DNA of 64,000 nucleotides from Caldilineaceae bacterium SB0662_bin_25. Its GTDB lineage: Bacteria; Chloroflexota; Anaerolineae; Caldilineales; Caldilineaceae. Below, in pieces: positions 19,151 through 29,407 of this stretch; within the stretch, counting starts at the first letter, position 1, and every line of letters begins with the position of its first letter. The stretch spans positions 6,606 through 70,605 of the forward strand of contig VXOE01000271.1 in the NCBI GenBank assembly GCA_009840225.1, in the 5' to 3' direction. A program made the position numbers and the translations under genes. The notes below the pieces were generated by a model. That model did no database searches. It saw only the letters and a program-made list of their open reading frames with translations, and was not told the origin of the DNA.

Positions 19151-20584
19151 CTACTGCCGATAATCCCCGTTTTGAAGCGCTTGCTGTCGCGCTTCTTCCA
19201 AGGTGGATTGGATTTCGGAAACGTCGATCTCGGTTTCGGGCGTCTCCAGTTTTGCGAACAACCAGTCAAAGACCGATCCGAAACCAGCCTGCATAGTTAT
19301 GGGCAGAGCAGAAAAGAGAGGCGGCAGTACCTCGTCGGCCCCACGCACTATTTCCTCCCCCTTACGCGCGGCCTCTGGCAGCAATGTCCGATCTACGTCG
19401 CGATGCAATGGAGCCCATCCCCCGTTTGTGGGGTCCTCGCCGATTCGGGCCATTTTCATCGCTTGCGCTTCGGCCGACGCCATGTAACCGACAAACGCGC
19501 TTGCCTGGGTATGATACGCCGCCCCCGCCGGGATTACGTAGCCGAATACTGAAGTGACCTCTCCTGCCGGTAGATTTGGGTTTATCTGTGGAAACTGGAA
19601 GAAATCGAGTTCAGAGGCGAATTCAGGAGGCAGCTCGCCCGCGATAAAATGGTGGGCAAGCGCCATCACAGCCTTCTTTTCCGTAAGCGGTTCATTCACA
19701 TCCCCGCGAATCAGTGCGTTCATACTCCCTATCGCAGAAGTCAGGCTCGGCGATTCAATAAAGTATCCCCGTCGAAAAAGAGAAATCCAGGTTTCCCAGA
19801 CGGCGGCTAACCGTTCATCTTTGTAGCTCTCCTTCCCCTGTATCAACTGCCTATGAAACGAAGGTCCATTCAAGCGTATATTGAGGTAGCTGAACCACAG
19901 ATAGTTGACTCGGCGGTCCTGCCCGGACACAGAGAGAGGCGTCTCTCCGTTCGCCAACAGCGTGTCGCAAATGTAGCCAAATTCCTCCCAAGTCGTGGGC
20001 AGAACCAGGCCATAGCGCTCGAAAACCTCTTTGTTGTAGTAGATGCCTGCCCAAGAAAATCCGACAGGAATGAATCGCGAAGTACCATCGACACGGCCGA
20101 CTTCCCTGAACTGCCTTCCATATGCTTCAGCAAGGTCGTGCTCCGCCCAAATGTCGGAGACATCGAACAACAGATTCTGCTGGGCAACGTCGTACAGTTC
20201 ATGGCTTTCCAGCCACATAACTACCTCGGGAGGCGGGGATTCCGACAAATAATGGCTTAAGCCGTGCTCCTGCGACTGACGGTCAACCTCTATCCCCGGC
20301 ACCTGCTCAAGAAATCGCTCGATCACCACTCTATCAGGCTCAGACCAATGCGGGTCCCCCGGCGCCACATATCTGATGGTCACGGGCTCGCCAGAGTCGT
20401 CATCACTATCCCCCTGAGCGCCGCAACCGATAAGCAAGAGCGCAGAGGTGAACAATAGAAAGAGCGACATAATCCCAAATTTTCGCGGCGAAGGCCGCTT
20501 CTCTGAAGTTGTGGTTGTCACTTTGTGTGCAGTGGCAGGAGACTGCATTAAGGACGCCTTTTCTGAGCAATCGATCGTTTTCAT
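19151..20584 (-). CDS. ABC transporter extracellular solute-binding lipoprotein
   Basis: Lipoprotein signal MSLFLLFTSALLLIGCG. The body (PTTWEEFGYICDTLLANGETPLSVSGQD) is typical of family-1 sugar-type SBPs. The start was chosen at MKTIDCS (20584) and is uncertain. Confidence 0.8.
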   Translation of the reverse strand: MKTIDCSEKASLMQSPATAHKVTTTTSEKRPSPRKFGIMSLFLLFTSALLLIGCGAQGDSDDDSGEPVTIRYVAPGDPHWSEPDRVVIERFLEQVPGIEVDRQSQEHGLSHYLSESPPPEVVMWLESHELYDVAQQNLLFDVSDIWAEHDLAEAYGRQFREVGRVDGTSRFIPVGFSWAGIYYNKEVFERYGLVLPTTWEEFGYICDTLLANGETPLSVSGQDRRVNYLWFSYLNIRLNGPSFHRQLIQGKESYKDERLAAVWETWISLFRRGYFIESPSLTSAIGSMNALIRGDVNEPLTEKKAVMALAHHFIAGELPPEFASELDFFQFPQINPNLPAGEVTSVFGYVIPAGAAYHTQASAFVGYMASAEAQAMKMARIGEDPTNGGWAPLHRDVDRTLLPEAARKGEEIVRGADEVLPPLFSALPITMQAGFGSVFDWLFAKLETPETEIDVSEIQSTLEEARQQALQNGDYRQ

Positions 20585-21039
20585 GGCTTTGCCTCCTCGA
20601 CCACTGAAACAATAGCGTCTCGTTTGCAGCCTTCGTATGAAACGCCCGGAGTTATGCTCCAATACGCACGCTCCCCTGGAGAGTTTCGCGCCAGAGCCGA
20701 ATTGCGTTTCGGGCCGACCGGGTGAGGGTATGGGGTTGGGGGGGAAGGCGCACGGAGCAAAGGCAATTTTACACATTGGGGAGAATAGGCTACCCAGTTG
20801 CCTGGAGAGGGCGCGCGTGAAATTGACCTTTGTGCTTCGACATCGTTGATCGAACCACCAGGCAGTCGTGCGTGTATCAGCTGGGGCTATCGGGTATCGA
20901 CGATGGGCTGAGCCATCTCAGCGCCGCTTCCGGCAGCTGTAACAGGACCCACAGCTACGGCGACCCCAACCGGCTGACCGCGTTCAACGGGCAGAGCCAC
21001 GGTTACGGCGATGGTGAGCCCTACCACGCGGTGGACAGC

Positions 21040-21320
21040 ATCGACAGCGCTGGCCGCGATTTACGATACCGCCTGTCTGCGTCGGGTTGGTCGATATTGC
21101 GCTCTTCTGGGTGATGTCGGACGCCGGCCTGCGGCGCTCGAAAACCGATGCCACCCCGCGCACAGTCTATCTGATACCGATTGCGATGGCGCGGCGTATG
21201 GCCAGGGCCGGCGTGCCATCGCATGAGATTATGGCCCAGGGACGCTGGCGCAGCGCAGGCATGGTCACCGCCTACACCTGGGCTGAAAACGCGGAGCGGG
21301 CCGCGAAGTGGTTGGGGTAG
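21040..21320 (+). pseudogene. Degenerate, internally deleted tyrosine recombinase remnant
   Basis: ALAAIYDTACLRRVG, then in another frame VDIALFWVMSDAGLRRSKTDATPRTVYLIPIAMARRMARAGVPSHEIMAQGRWRSAGMVTAYTWAENAERAAKWLG. This parallels 16638-17615, with segments missing. Confidence 0.6.
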
Positions 21321-21601
21321 GCCGATGCAGGCGTCTACGCCCGTGCTATAGTGGAGGTATGGATACTTTGGTACGACTCTGCTGCCCTGGCTGTTTCTGG
21401 TTTAGGCGGCATCCCTGAGGGCGGTGGTGGCGGTAGAGACCGTGATAATAACCCCGTGCCCAGATGGAGCCTTCGTCACTTTCTATTCCAAGAACAAAGC
21501 AGGTGCGCTCAAAGTGTTGGACGAAGCCAACGCCAGGGCCGAAGGATTGACGATGTTCTACGGCGTTCCATTTCGATTTATCAGAGACCAGGAGAGGCAA
21601 C

Positions 21602-22126
21602 ATGCTCAGATTGGCGCTCATCCTTCCGTTCCTCGCGCTCGCTCTGCCGGTCACCGTCTTTGCCCATCCGCATCCGCCGCGAACCTACGATTGCGAAACC
21701 GGTATCTATGATCCGCCGTCTCCTTCATCTGACTCGAAGCCAATTTATCTCCCGTCTGGCATTATTGTTCCGGCCTACCCGCCGCCAACAGAGGACTACT
21801 GCGATTGGAAGCCTGGAAAAAAGGGTTCACAGTGCCATGTCAGGCACGGGGCAACGCCTGCTCAAATCTGTTCAATCGAGGGCGGGATGCAGTTCTGGTT
21901 CATCGGGGCCGACGGCAACGCACAGCCTGGCCCGTTTCTGCCCGATGCGCCGAATCAGATCGAACGCTACGAAGGCGTCAACTCCCTGACCGGCAAACCG
22001 GTTGTGATCGACTATGTCGTCGAAGGGGAGAAAAAGCTGCTGCGGGTGAGCACGTACTATCCCGATAACAAGCCGTACATCTTCACTCTCGATCCAGGCC
22101 ACGCGGTCAACTTCATCAGCTGGTAA
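21602..22126 (+). CDS. Secreted hypothetical protein
   Basis: Signal peptide MLRLALILPFLALALPVTVFA. No recognisable domain. Confidence 0.55.
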   Translation: MLRLALILPFLALALPVTVFAHPHPPRTYDCETGIYDPPSPSSDSKPIYLPSGIIVPAYPPPTEDYCDWKPGKKGSQCHVRHGATPAQICSIEGGMQFWFIGADGNAQPGPFLPDAPNQIERYEGVNSLTGKPVVIDYVVEGEKKLLRVSTYYPDNKPYIFTLDPGHAVNFISW

Positions 22127-22132
22127 CCGAAA

Positions 22133-22330
22133 TGACTGGTCCAGGTAATATGTTAGTATAGGGCCGTAGAACGGGGAAAGACGGCCAAGAGGAGGACATA
22201 CGCCGGAGCAGGTAATCAAAAGCTCAGAGAGGCTGAGACGGCGATGGCCGAGGGCGGCACAGTCGCTGAGGCTGGCCGCCGGATAGGCGTGACCGAGCAG
22301 ACTTTCTACCGCCGGCGCCTGAGGCCCTCT
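22133..22330 (+). mobile_element. IS3-family left-end remnant with a frameshifted orfA fragment
   Basis: Starts tgactggtcc.... Downstream it encodes ...PEQVIK(frameshift)LREAETAMAEGGTVAEAGRRIGVTEQTFYRRR, an IS3 OrfA HTH-like sequence. No orfB follows. Confidence 0.4.
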
Positions 22331-22703
22331 TGCCTGCCGACACTGTCCCCGTGCTTGTCGGATTAACATAACAAGTGGTACAAACATCGGGGGCAGGCCT
22401 CCTTGGAACTGGCGAAGGAGACGAAGGGCAGTGACCTCACAGCCAACAATAAACAGAGGATTCAGGAATTCGATCAGAATTAAGAGTGGTCGAGAATCTG
22501 CGGCCCCAAGCAGAAGGCCTTATTGGCTGGACCGTCGAGCCAAAGGCCGTTCCCGCTATCGAGCGGAAATGAACGGCGGTGGTTCGTGATCAGTGAAGGC
22601 GCCGTCCACGAAGCGACGTAGCCAAGGTCCCAAATGAACGCCCAAAGGCATGCGGCTACAGGTGTAGGCAGGCCGACCATTGCCGAGCAGAACTCACTGG
22701 TCC

Positions 22704-23801
22704 ATGGGGAAAACAGCGATGACAACGACACACGCCTCCAAAAGATGGTTCTGGGAAGTAGCGATTGCCGTGGCAATTGTTGCGGGAATCGTCGCATCCG
22801 TCGCTTGGGGACGGAGCTATGACACTGGCACCCATAACAACCAGGGTCATGCCAATTTCGAGCGCGGTCGATACCGACAGGCGATTTCCGACTATGATCG
22901 GGCTCTGCGGCGGGAGCCCGACGCCGCGCACCTCTACGGCAACAGGGGTCTTGCCAAGGCAATTCTTGGTCAATATCGGGAAGCGATCGCCGACTATGAT
23001 CAAGCCTTGCGGCTGGAGCCCGACGCCGCTTACATCTATGCCAGCCGGGCCGGCGCCAAATCCGCCCTTGGCCAGTACCAGGAAGCGATTACCGACTATG
23101 ACCGGGCCCTGCGATTGGAGCCCGACGCCGCTTACATCTACGCCAACCGGGCCGGAACCAAGGTCATCCTTGGCCAGTACCAGGAAGCGATCGCCGACTA
23201 TGACCAATCCCTGCGACTGGAGCCCGACAACGTCCGCGCCTATGTTTCCCGGGGACGCGCCAAATCCAAACTTGGTGAATACGAAGAGGCCTTCGCTGAC
23301 TTCGAGCAGGCCGTCCGGCTGGAGCCAGACAACGCACACATCTACACCAGCCGAGGCGATGTCAAGTTCGACCTTGGTCAGATTCAGGAGGCCTTCGCCG
23401 ACTATAATCGGGCCGTCCGAATGGAGCCGGACAACGGTTATGCCTACTTTACACGGGCCGAGGCAAGGGCCGAACTTGGCCAGTACGCGGAGGCGATCTT
23501 CGATTATGATCAGGCGTTGCGTCTGCTGCCTTACTTTGTGGGCGCCTATGTCGATCGGGCCCAGGCCAGGATCGAACTCGGTCAATTCGAGAAGGCGATG
23601 GCCGACTATGATCAGGCTGTCCGTCTGCAACCGGAAAACGTCTACATCTACTTCAATCGAAGCATTGCCAAGGCCGATATGGGTCTATCCCAGGAAGCCC
23701 TTGCCGACCTGAAAGCCGCCCTGGAATATGCGCGGGAGGCTGGCGCCAGCGACTTCATCACCCGCATTGAAGCAAAGATTCAGGAACTTGAGCAAGAGTA
23801 A
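22704..23801 (+). CDS. Membrane-anchored TPR-repeat protein
   Basis: N-terminal TM segment WFWEVAIAVAIVAGIVASVAW, then about nine 34-aa repeats of the form A(I/F)ADYDQALRLEPD.AY.Y..R(A/G). Confidence 0.85.
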   Translation: MGKTAMTTTHASKRWFWEVAIAVAIVAGIVASVAWGRSYDTGTHNNQGHANFERGRYRQAISDYDRALRREPDAAHLYGNRGLAKAILGQYREAIADYDQALRLEPDAAYIYASRAGAKSALGQYQEAITDYDRALRLEPDAAYIYANRAGTKVILGQYQEAIADYDQSLRLEPDNVRAYVSRGRAKSKLGEYEEAFADFEQAVRLEPDNAHIYTSRGDVKFDLGQIQEAFADYNRAVRMEPDNGYAYFTRAEARAELGQYAEAIFDYDQALRLLPYFVGAYVDRAQARIELGQFEKAMADYDQAVRLQPENVYIYFNRSIAKADMGLSQEALADLKAALEYAREAGASDFITRIEAKIQELEQE

Positions 23802-23864
23802 AGGTGGACCATTAACTGCTGCGCACGACCGGGCTTGGATGGGACCACAGGAGACGTCAGAACG

Positions 23865-25226
23865 CTACTGGGGGAGTTCACCTTTCTGAATCGCGGCCTG
23901 ACGCGCTTCTTCCAGCATTGATTGGATTTCCGCGACCTGGATGCGTGCGCTGATCGTGGGGAAGAGCCGTCTCAAGACCTGAGCAAAGCCTTCCCGCATG
24001 CTGGCAGGCAGCTCGAACATCAAGGGCGGGCTTATGCTGTTCGCGTTTCTCACGGCCAGGTCGCCTTTGGCGGCGGTCGGCGACAGGGCGGTTCGGTCAA
24101 CATCGCGATGAGCAGGGATTAACCAGACATTGCCTTCGTCCTCGCTCACCTGGTTGCGTTGCAACTCCTGCGCCTCAGCTGACCCCATGAATCGGATGAA
24201 GGCGCCTGCCTGGGACCGGTTGGGCGCGCCGGCTGGGATAACGTAGCCGACAACGATCGAGACCTCATCCAGCGGTATGGTGGCGTCCATTTGGGGAAAC
24301 TGAAAGAAGTCCAACTCATCGACGAAGGCTGGCGGCAGCTGGTTGAGGCTGAAATGCGGGGCCAGCGTCATGACGGCCTTTTGGCGGGTCAGCGGGCTCT
24401 CGGTATCGCCGCGAATGAGCGCGGTCATGCTTTCCGTTTCAGACATCTCTCCCGGCGAGTTTACGAAGTAGTCACGATCCAGCAACGAAATCCAATACTG
24501 CCAGACACGGCCAACTCTTTCGTCGTGGAAGCTGACTCGACCGGCTATCAGGTCCTGGTGGAAATCGGACCCATTCAGCCTCAGATTCAGATAATCGAAC
24601 CAGAGGGCAGTGACGAAGGGGTTCTGACCTGGGAGAGATATGGGCGTTTCACCGTAGGTCAGCAACGTATCACAGATGTGTTCGAACTCTTCCCAGTTGG
24701 TGGGCGGGGTCAGCTCATAGCGTTCGAAGATTTCTCAATTATAGAAGAATCCCGTCCAGCCAAAGCCTGCCGGAACGAAGCGAAATGCGTCATCGATGCG
24801 GCTTATGTCCTGGAAAGGTTGACTGAACGCGTCGGAAAAGTTGCCCTCCTGCCAGACGTCTGAGAGGTCGGACAAAAGACCCGCGGCAGCAGCCTCACGC
24901 ATTTCAAGGTTGGCCGCCATCCAGATCACATCCGGGGGCGGTGTATCTTCAAGGTAGGCGGCCGCACTGCGCCGGAAGGTTTGGCGGTCGATCTCGAAGT
25001 TCGGCGCAAGCTTCGTGAACTGCTCAATCGCTACGCTTTCAGCTTCAGAGAAAATCGAATCGGCGGGGGCGATATAGGTAAGGGTGACGGGCGAACTGTC
25101 TTGTACGAAGGAGGGCTCGACCCCGCGGTATTGTCCACACCCACCCAAAAGAAAGCACAGGATCAGGAAGAGGGTTGCGAACACAGCTCGCACGGGGGCT
25201 TGGGATGAGGAATTTGCCGGCTGCAT
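23865..25226 (-). pseudogene. Solute-binding lipoprotein paralog interrupted by an in-frame TGA
   Basis: Lipoprotein signal FATLFLILCFLLGGCG. The frame reads ...FGWTGFFYN-TGA-EIFERYELTPPTNWEEFEHICDTLLTYGETPISLPGQN, where the paralog at 19151-20584 has YYNKEVFERYGL. The stop is at 24735-24737 and the same frame continues on both sides. Confidence 0.65.
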
Positions 25227-25486
25227 TAGCGCATCCTTGAGGGGGTCAGGGCAACATTGTTTGCGTGTGTGGTCCAGCAGAACGGGGGATGGCTTCGTCG
25301 CGGCGGAATTTGACGTGAGGTGGAGCGGGGCTGTCCCGGGCCCGGACCGTGGTCGCTGTTCCATTTGTCGAATGTCCTTAAAATACGCGTCCCATGCGAG
25401 CGCGTGATCTTTACCTGAGTCTAATAAGGAGCCTAGGTTAACACATCGTCGCGCACGGAAGGCTGGAAAGATCACTACCCTCCCCC

Positions 25487-25843
25487 TCAAACGTTCAGAA
25501 AGCGAAACGGAACGCCAAAAAAGCGATTCAACCCCTCTGCCCTCGCTCCCGCTTCGTCCAAAATCTCCAAAACCGGCGCCTTCTGCCACTCGCCACCATG
25601 AAGCAGCGTGATAAATGCGCCCTCTGGACACTTAGTCGCATCCGCAGACCAGATCAGCCCTTCCTCCTGCAACTCCTCGACAATAGCGCTCTTCTCCTCC
25701 AACACCCGCTCAACCTCCGCAAGAGAAGGAAAATCCGGGCAGTTGTGGTGCCAGCGAGCGTAATTACCCCAATGCCCATGAGGAGCGCACGAACTCAAGA
25801 TAAGCAACGCCAACAAAGGCAAGATCGATAGATCTCTTTCCAT
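25487..25843 (-). CDS. Small lipoprotein (hypothetical)
   Basis: MERDLSILPLLALLILSSC signal. The C-terminal CPEGAFITLLHGG...LDEAGARAEGLNRFFGVPFRF is shared with a fragment at 21424-21600. Confidence 0.5.
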   Translation of the reverse strand: MERDLSILPLLALLILSSCAPHGHWGNYARWHHNCPDFPSLAEVERVLEEKSAIVEELQEEGLIWSADATKCPEGAFITLLHGGEWQKAPVLEILDEAGARAEGLNRFFGVPFRFLNV

Positions 25844-26037
25844 CCTCACTTCCCAGATAAGACAACCTGCGGCAGGGACATACCCTGCCGTTCCACAGGT
25901 ATGCCTGTACGCTTTGGCCCGCTCGATAACCCGGAAACACGATTTCACGCACAACAGGTTGGCGACGAGAGGCGTCGTCTCGGCAGCGTCGGACAGGACC
26001 ACTACCGGCTCATAGGCAGCGTTCACCACGCCCTCTA

Positions 26038-26355
26038 TCACCCAGCGCTCCGAATGGGACGCCCCCCGAAGTGACGCAGGGCCCGGTATCCAACCCGGAG
26101 CAGCCAGACGTCAATCACGCCAGGGCGCTGTGTCCGCAGACGCTTAGCTGCCGTCCGCAGGTCGTCGGAGATGGCCCAACTCCCGCTGTCAACGTCGATG
26201 GCGACATATTCCCCGTGGTGGTCCGCCTCGACCTGCGGGCGGATGTCGCGCTCATATATCTCGTCGCCCAGACGGGCAGTCACTTCGCGAGATCGGCGCG
26301 GGGGCTTTGAGGTTTCCTTACCCTGGGCGGGCACCGCAGTCTCTGTATCGCTCAT
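26038..26355 (-). CDS. DUF5678-like small protein
   Basis: GEYVAIDVDSGSWAISDDLRTAAKRLRTQRPGVIDVWLLRVGYRALRHFGG parallels 39121-39456. The downstream ORF N-terminus (MIEGVVNAAYEPVVVL, 25950-26041) looks like a truncated aspartyl-protease partner. Confidence 0.5.
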   Translation of the reverse strand: MSDTETAVPAQGKETSKPPRRSREVTARLGDEIYERDIRPQVEADHHGEYVAIDVDSGSWAISDDLRTAAKRLRTQRPGVIDVWLLRVGYRALRHFGGRPIRSAG

Positions 26356-26485
26356 GCGTCCTGTGCACAGTTATTGTTGTTTCGGGACGTTGCCCTATCC
26401 ACAAGGATAAAGGGCAACCGTCCCTTTACCCTTTATGGGGTATGGGATCATGGGAACTGCCTTTGACCAGAGGGGAGAATGGTCA

Positions 26486-26579
26486 AAATCTTTCTTACTA
26501 ACGTGTTAAACCTTTCCTACTAACGCGCTAAACCTTTCTTACTAACGTGTTCGCGTCAAACCTTTCCTACTAACGTGTT
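26486..26579. repeat. Four 22-bp iteron-like direct repeats
   Basis: aaatctttcttactaacgtgtt (26486-26507), aaacctttcctactaacgcgct (26508-26529) and aaacctttcttactaacgtgtt (26530-26551) are contiguous. After a 6-bp spacer comes aaacctttcctactaacgtgtt (26558-26579). The array ends 15 bp from the stop of 26595-28256. Confidence 0.75.
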
Positions 26580-26594
26580 TTGTGTCTCCTGCTA

Positions 26595-28256
26595 TCAAGC
26601 TTTACGCGGTCCCCACCATTGTGGAGGCATGATCCGATAGCCTTTGTCTATATCCTCGATCACGCACAGGTTGGCCTTTGCCATTTCTTCAAGCTCGCTG
26701 CGGGCACGGGTCAGCTGAACGTAGCGGTTTTCACCTTCTGACACGGTGGGGTGGAACAGCTTGATCAGGTCATTGCCTTCTATAATCGGGTATCCGGCCT
26801 TTCCATTCAATCCCCATGCAGCTGGATTTTTCTCCAAAGACGCGTGTTCGAAGGGAACAAGATCGCACTTGTTGCGCTGGGCGTTTATCCATACAAGATC
26901 GGGGTGTGGCTTGCGGTTAGTTCCTGAGCCGATGAACAGCTTTTTGATAGGATTACCGTACTTGTCCCGGATTATCTCGCCTGCGCTGTTCAATGGGATT
27001 CCCTCTGAGTTGGTCAACAGACTCTTGCGATATGGTCGGATGTAGTTCCCCTTAACCGCTTGATCCCACCAATGATACGCCATGCCGAGGGCAGCGCGGT
27101 ACTGTGGCGCGCTCTGCACTCCAAGCTGGCGCAAGGTTGGCTTGTGGACAAGCGGTCCGTGTCCTGATCCCGGGGGTAAGTTGATCTGGGCGATGGCTTT
27201 GTCATCCAACTTTGCATTAGGGGGAAACATGCCGAGGAAACCGACCGCGCGCCATGCAGTTCGTCCGCCGCCAGGTAATTTAACAATTAAGCGCATCTGG
27301 TCAACCCTGAACATTGCTTGTCGCAAGCGGGGAAACTGGCGGGATCGATCCCATCCATTTGGCCAAAGCCAGTCTCTGATCTCTCGTAAGACAAACTCGA
27401 TCTTCTGTTCTCGGTATCGCATATCGACCGGCACTTGCGTCACGAATTCTACCCATAGCCGGAGTTCAGGCGCCGCGCCGCCGCCGCGCTGATAACTGCT
27501 TCCACCGGCGCCATCGTACAGATAGAGCGGAAGTGCAGAGATAAGGGCCCCCGGGGCGGGGGCAAGGTCGGGGAGAAATGCCTGGGTCTGTTCGTCTATT
27601 TGCGGGCCCAGCTCTGCCGGAGTTGGTATCCACGCCTCCAGGTCAAACAGGGTGCCATTTTCGTGCGGCATTACCTGTATTACGCTTTGGACTCGTGTTG
27701 CGTTCGGTATGATCGCTGTCTCGCGGTCATCGGGTTGTATAGGTGGATAAAGATACCCATCAATGAGAGGTGCAAGGGGGTGATCTATCTCTTCCCGTTG
27801 TGCGGGATCACAGGCTTCCCACAACGCATGCACCGCCTCGAGGCCGCTTACCAAGTGATGTATTGTCTCATTGTTTTTCAGGTAGTCGCGCATAAACTCG
27901 GGATCATGTTTGCACTGATCCATCGTTGCATGCAGGCTCAGAAGGTCGTCGGCCAGATCAACGCCGATCCGCTCTCCCAACTGCCCATGAGATCTGACTG
28001 TGGCCGCGTCCGGGCTGATGATCACTACAGGCAGACCCTGATCGGTCAGCAGCATGCCGGCCCGGCTTAACTTGGCCGCGTCCAACAGCACACCGAAGCG
28101 GTCGGCGTAGGTCGCTATGCTTTCGATCATCCAGTTTTCCGGCAGAGCGGCGGCTATTTCCTCCGGCGTCGGGAGCTGGCTATTTTCTGACAGGCCGATT
28201 TCGTCCGCGCAGGTAGTCACCGCCTGTATCCATCGGTTCTCTGTCGTTGTCATCAT
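26595..28256 (-). CDS. Hypothetical 553-aa protein; positional candidate replication initiator
   Basis: Long ORF overlapping the upstream ATPase gene by 4 nt and adjacent to the iterons. No motif recognised, so the functional call rests on context only. Confidence 0.4.
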   Translation of the reverse strand: MMTTTENRWIQAVTTCADEIGLSENSQLPTPEEIAAALPENWMIESIATYADRFGVLLDAAKLSRAGMLLTDQGLPVVIISPDAATVRSHGQLGERIGVDLADDLLSLHATMDQCKHDPEFMRDYLKNNETIHHLVSGLEAVHALWEACDPAQREEIDHPLAPLIDGYLYPPIQPDDRETAIIPNATRVQSVIQVMPHENGTLFDLEAWIPTPAELGPQIDEQTQAFLPDLAPAPGALISALPLYLYDGAGGSSYQRGGGAAPELRLWVEFVTQVPVDMRYREQKIEFVLREIRDWLWPNGWDRSRQFPRLRQAMFRVDQMRLIVKLPGGGRTAWRAVGFLGMFPPNAKLDDKAIAQINLPPGSGHGPLVHKPTLRQLGVQSAPQYRAALGMAYHWWDQAVKGNYIRPYRKSLLTNSEGIPLNSAGEIIRDKYGNPIKKLFIGSGTNRKPHPDLVWINAQRNKCDLVPFEHASLEKNPAAWGLNGKAGYPIIEGNDLIKLFHPTVSEGENRYVQLTRARSELEEMAKANLCVIEDIDKGYRIMPPQWWGPRKA

Positions 28257-29407
28257 TTGGCTCCCAGGTTCATCCTCTTCAACAGTTCTTCCTGCTGTTT
28301 CGTCCGGTCAACTTTGCCTTTGTTAGCGAGCTGTGATTTGCCTGTCCCGTTGCCGTTGTTGTGTGGTGTTATCTGGGTGTCGGCTTCTGCCCACAACCAG
28401 CCTGTATTTTCGTTGCGGACGAGCCGGATTTCGTCCGGCTTCTTGGCGTAGGATGTCTTTTCGCATTTGAGGTACTCGCCCTCGTCGTTGGTAGCAAGCT
28501 CCCAGCGCCACCGGCTGGCGCTGTGCCAGTCGGTTGACCCGCTGTAGCTGTTCGTTTTCTTAGGCGGGTGCGCGATCAGCATAACGGCGCAGTCGACCTG
28601 GCGCCCCCATGAATCGAAGGAAGCCATGAACTCGCGCACTGCGGAGCGGTCGTTTTCGTTAGCACCGTAGGCGCCGGCGAGGGAATCGATGATCAGCAGG
28701 TCGGCCTTGAGGCCCTCGGCGCTAGCGCGCAGCTCCTCTCCGGTGGCTAATAGTGCGGCGCGGGATCGGGTGGATCCGCCTTCCGGTACGCCCCATATCG
28801 GTCCCGTACCTGCGAGATCTAGCACATGGCATTTGTCCATGGCCGCGGCTTTTTCGGGGCCTATGCGCCGCACAAATTCGGTTGGTTCATCCTCCCATGT
28901 AGCGTACAGGACGGTGCCGCTGCCTTCAACGGCCGGCATTCGAGGCTTTGTGATGTGGCTTGGGGTTAGCCAACAGCCGCCTTCGGTAGTGATGGCTTCT
29001 GCCAGCTGCAGGGCAAGAAATGATTTGCCGCGGCCGCCTTCGCCGGTCAACATACCGACGCGTCCGCGCGGTAACCAGTTGGGAATGAGCCACTGACGCT
29101 TCTCCGGCGGGCCCAGCGTTGCCAGGGGGACGGGCTGGGGATGGAGCAGAATTTTCTTGAGTTTTCTGGCTATCTCGTCGGGCGGTAAAGCCGACAACTC
29201 GTCAAGGGTAGGCTGCCATACGGAGGCCTGGACAGGGGCGTTATTTTCGAGGCGTGCGATCAGGGCTTCGATTGCGCGCCTGGTGTCAGGTGTCGGGTCG
29301 GCATGGTGCGCGAGCACGGCGTCCATGACTTGTTTGTCCATGCGGCCGGCCTGGGCTGCCTGGTTGAATTGCTCGTGGGCGGTTAGTTGTCCGTTCTGGT
29401 TGTTCAC
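28253..29407 (-). CDS. RecA-fold AAA_25/RepA-like ATPase (replicative helicase-like)
   Basis: Walker A GMLTGEGGRGKSFLALQLA, Walker B DLLIIDSLAGAYG, then VMLIAHPPKK. It overlaps both neighbouring genes by 4 nt. Confidence 0.7.
   Translation of the reverse strand: MNNQNGQLTAHEQFNQAAQAGRMDKQVMDAVLAHHADPTPDTRRAIEALIARLENNAPVQASVWQPTLDELSALPPDEIARKLKKILLHPQPVPLATLGPPEKRQWLIPNWLPRGRVGMLTGEGGRGKSFLALQLAEAITTEGGCWLTPSHITKPRMPAVEGSGTVLYATWEDEPTEFVRRIGPEKAAAMDKCHVLDLAGTGPIWGVPEGGSTRSRAALLATGEELRASAEGLKADLLIIDSLAGAYGANENDRSAVREFMASFDSWGRQVDCAVMLIAHPPKKTNSYSGSTDWHSASRWRWELATNDEGEYLKCEKTSYAKKPDEIRLVRNENTGWLWAEADTQITPHNNGNGTGKSQLANKGKVDRTKQQEELLKRMNLGAK

Noticed and set aside
20830-21010. YD/RHS-repeat-like peptide (..SYGDPNRLTAFNGQSHGYGDGEPYHAV..)
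   Set aside because: Only one or two degenerate repeat units with no surrounding RHS core. The similarity is too weak to annotate.
22656-23712. Long ORFs antisense to (22656-23630) and in an alternate frame of (22765-23712) the TPR gene
   Set aside because: The periodic 34-aa TPR repeat in the 22704-23801 frame explains the open frames. The alternative translations are low-complexity.
26486-26579. Possible CRISPR array
   Set aside because: The repeats are 22 bp and directly abutting, with no spacers, and no cas genes are nearby. Iterons or protein-binding repeats are the better explanation.
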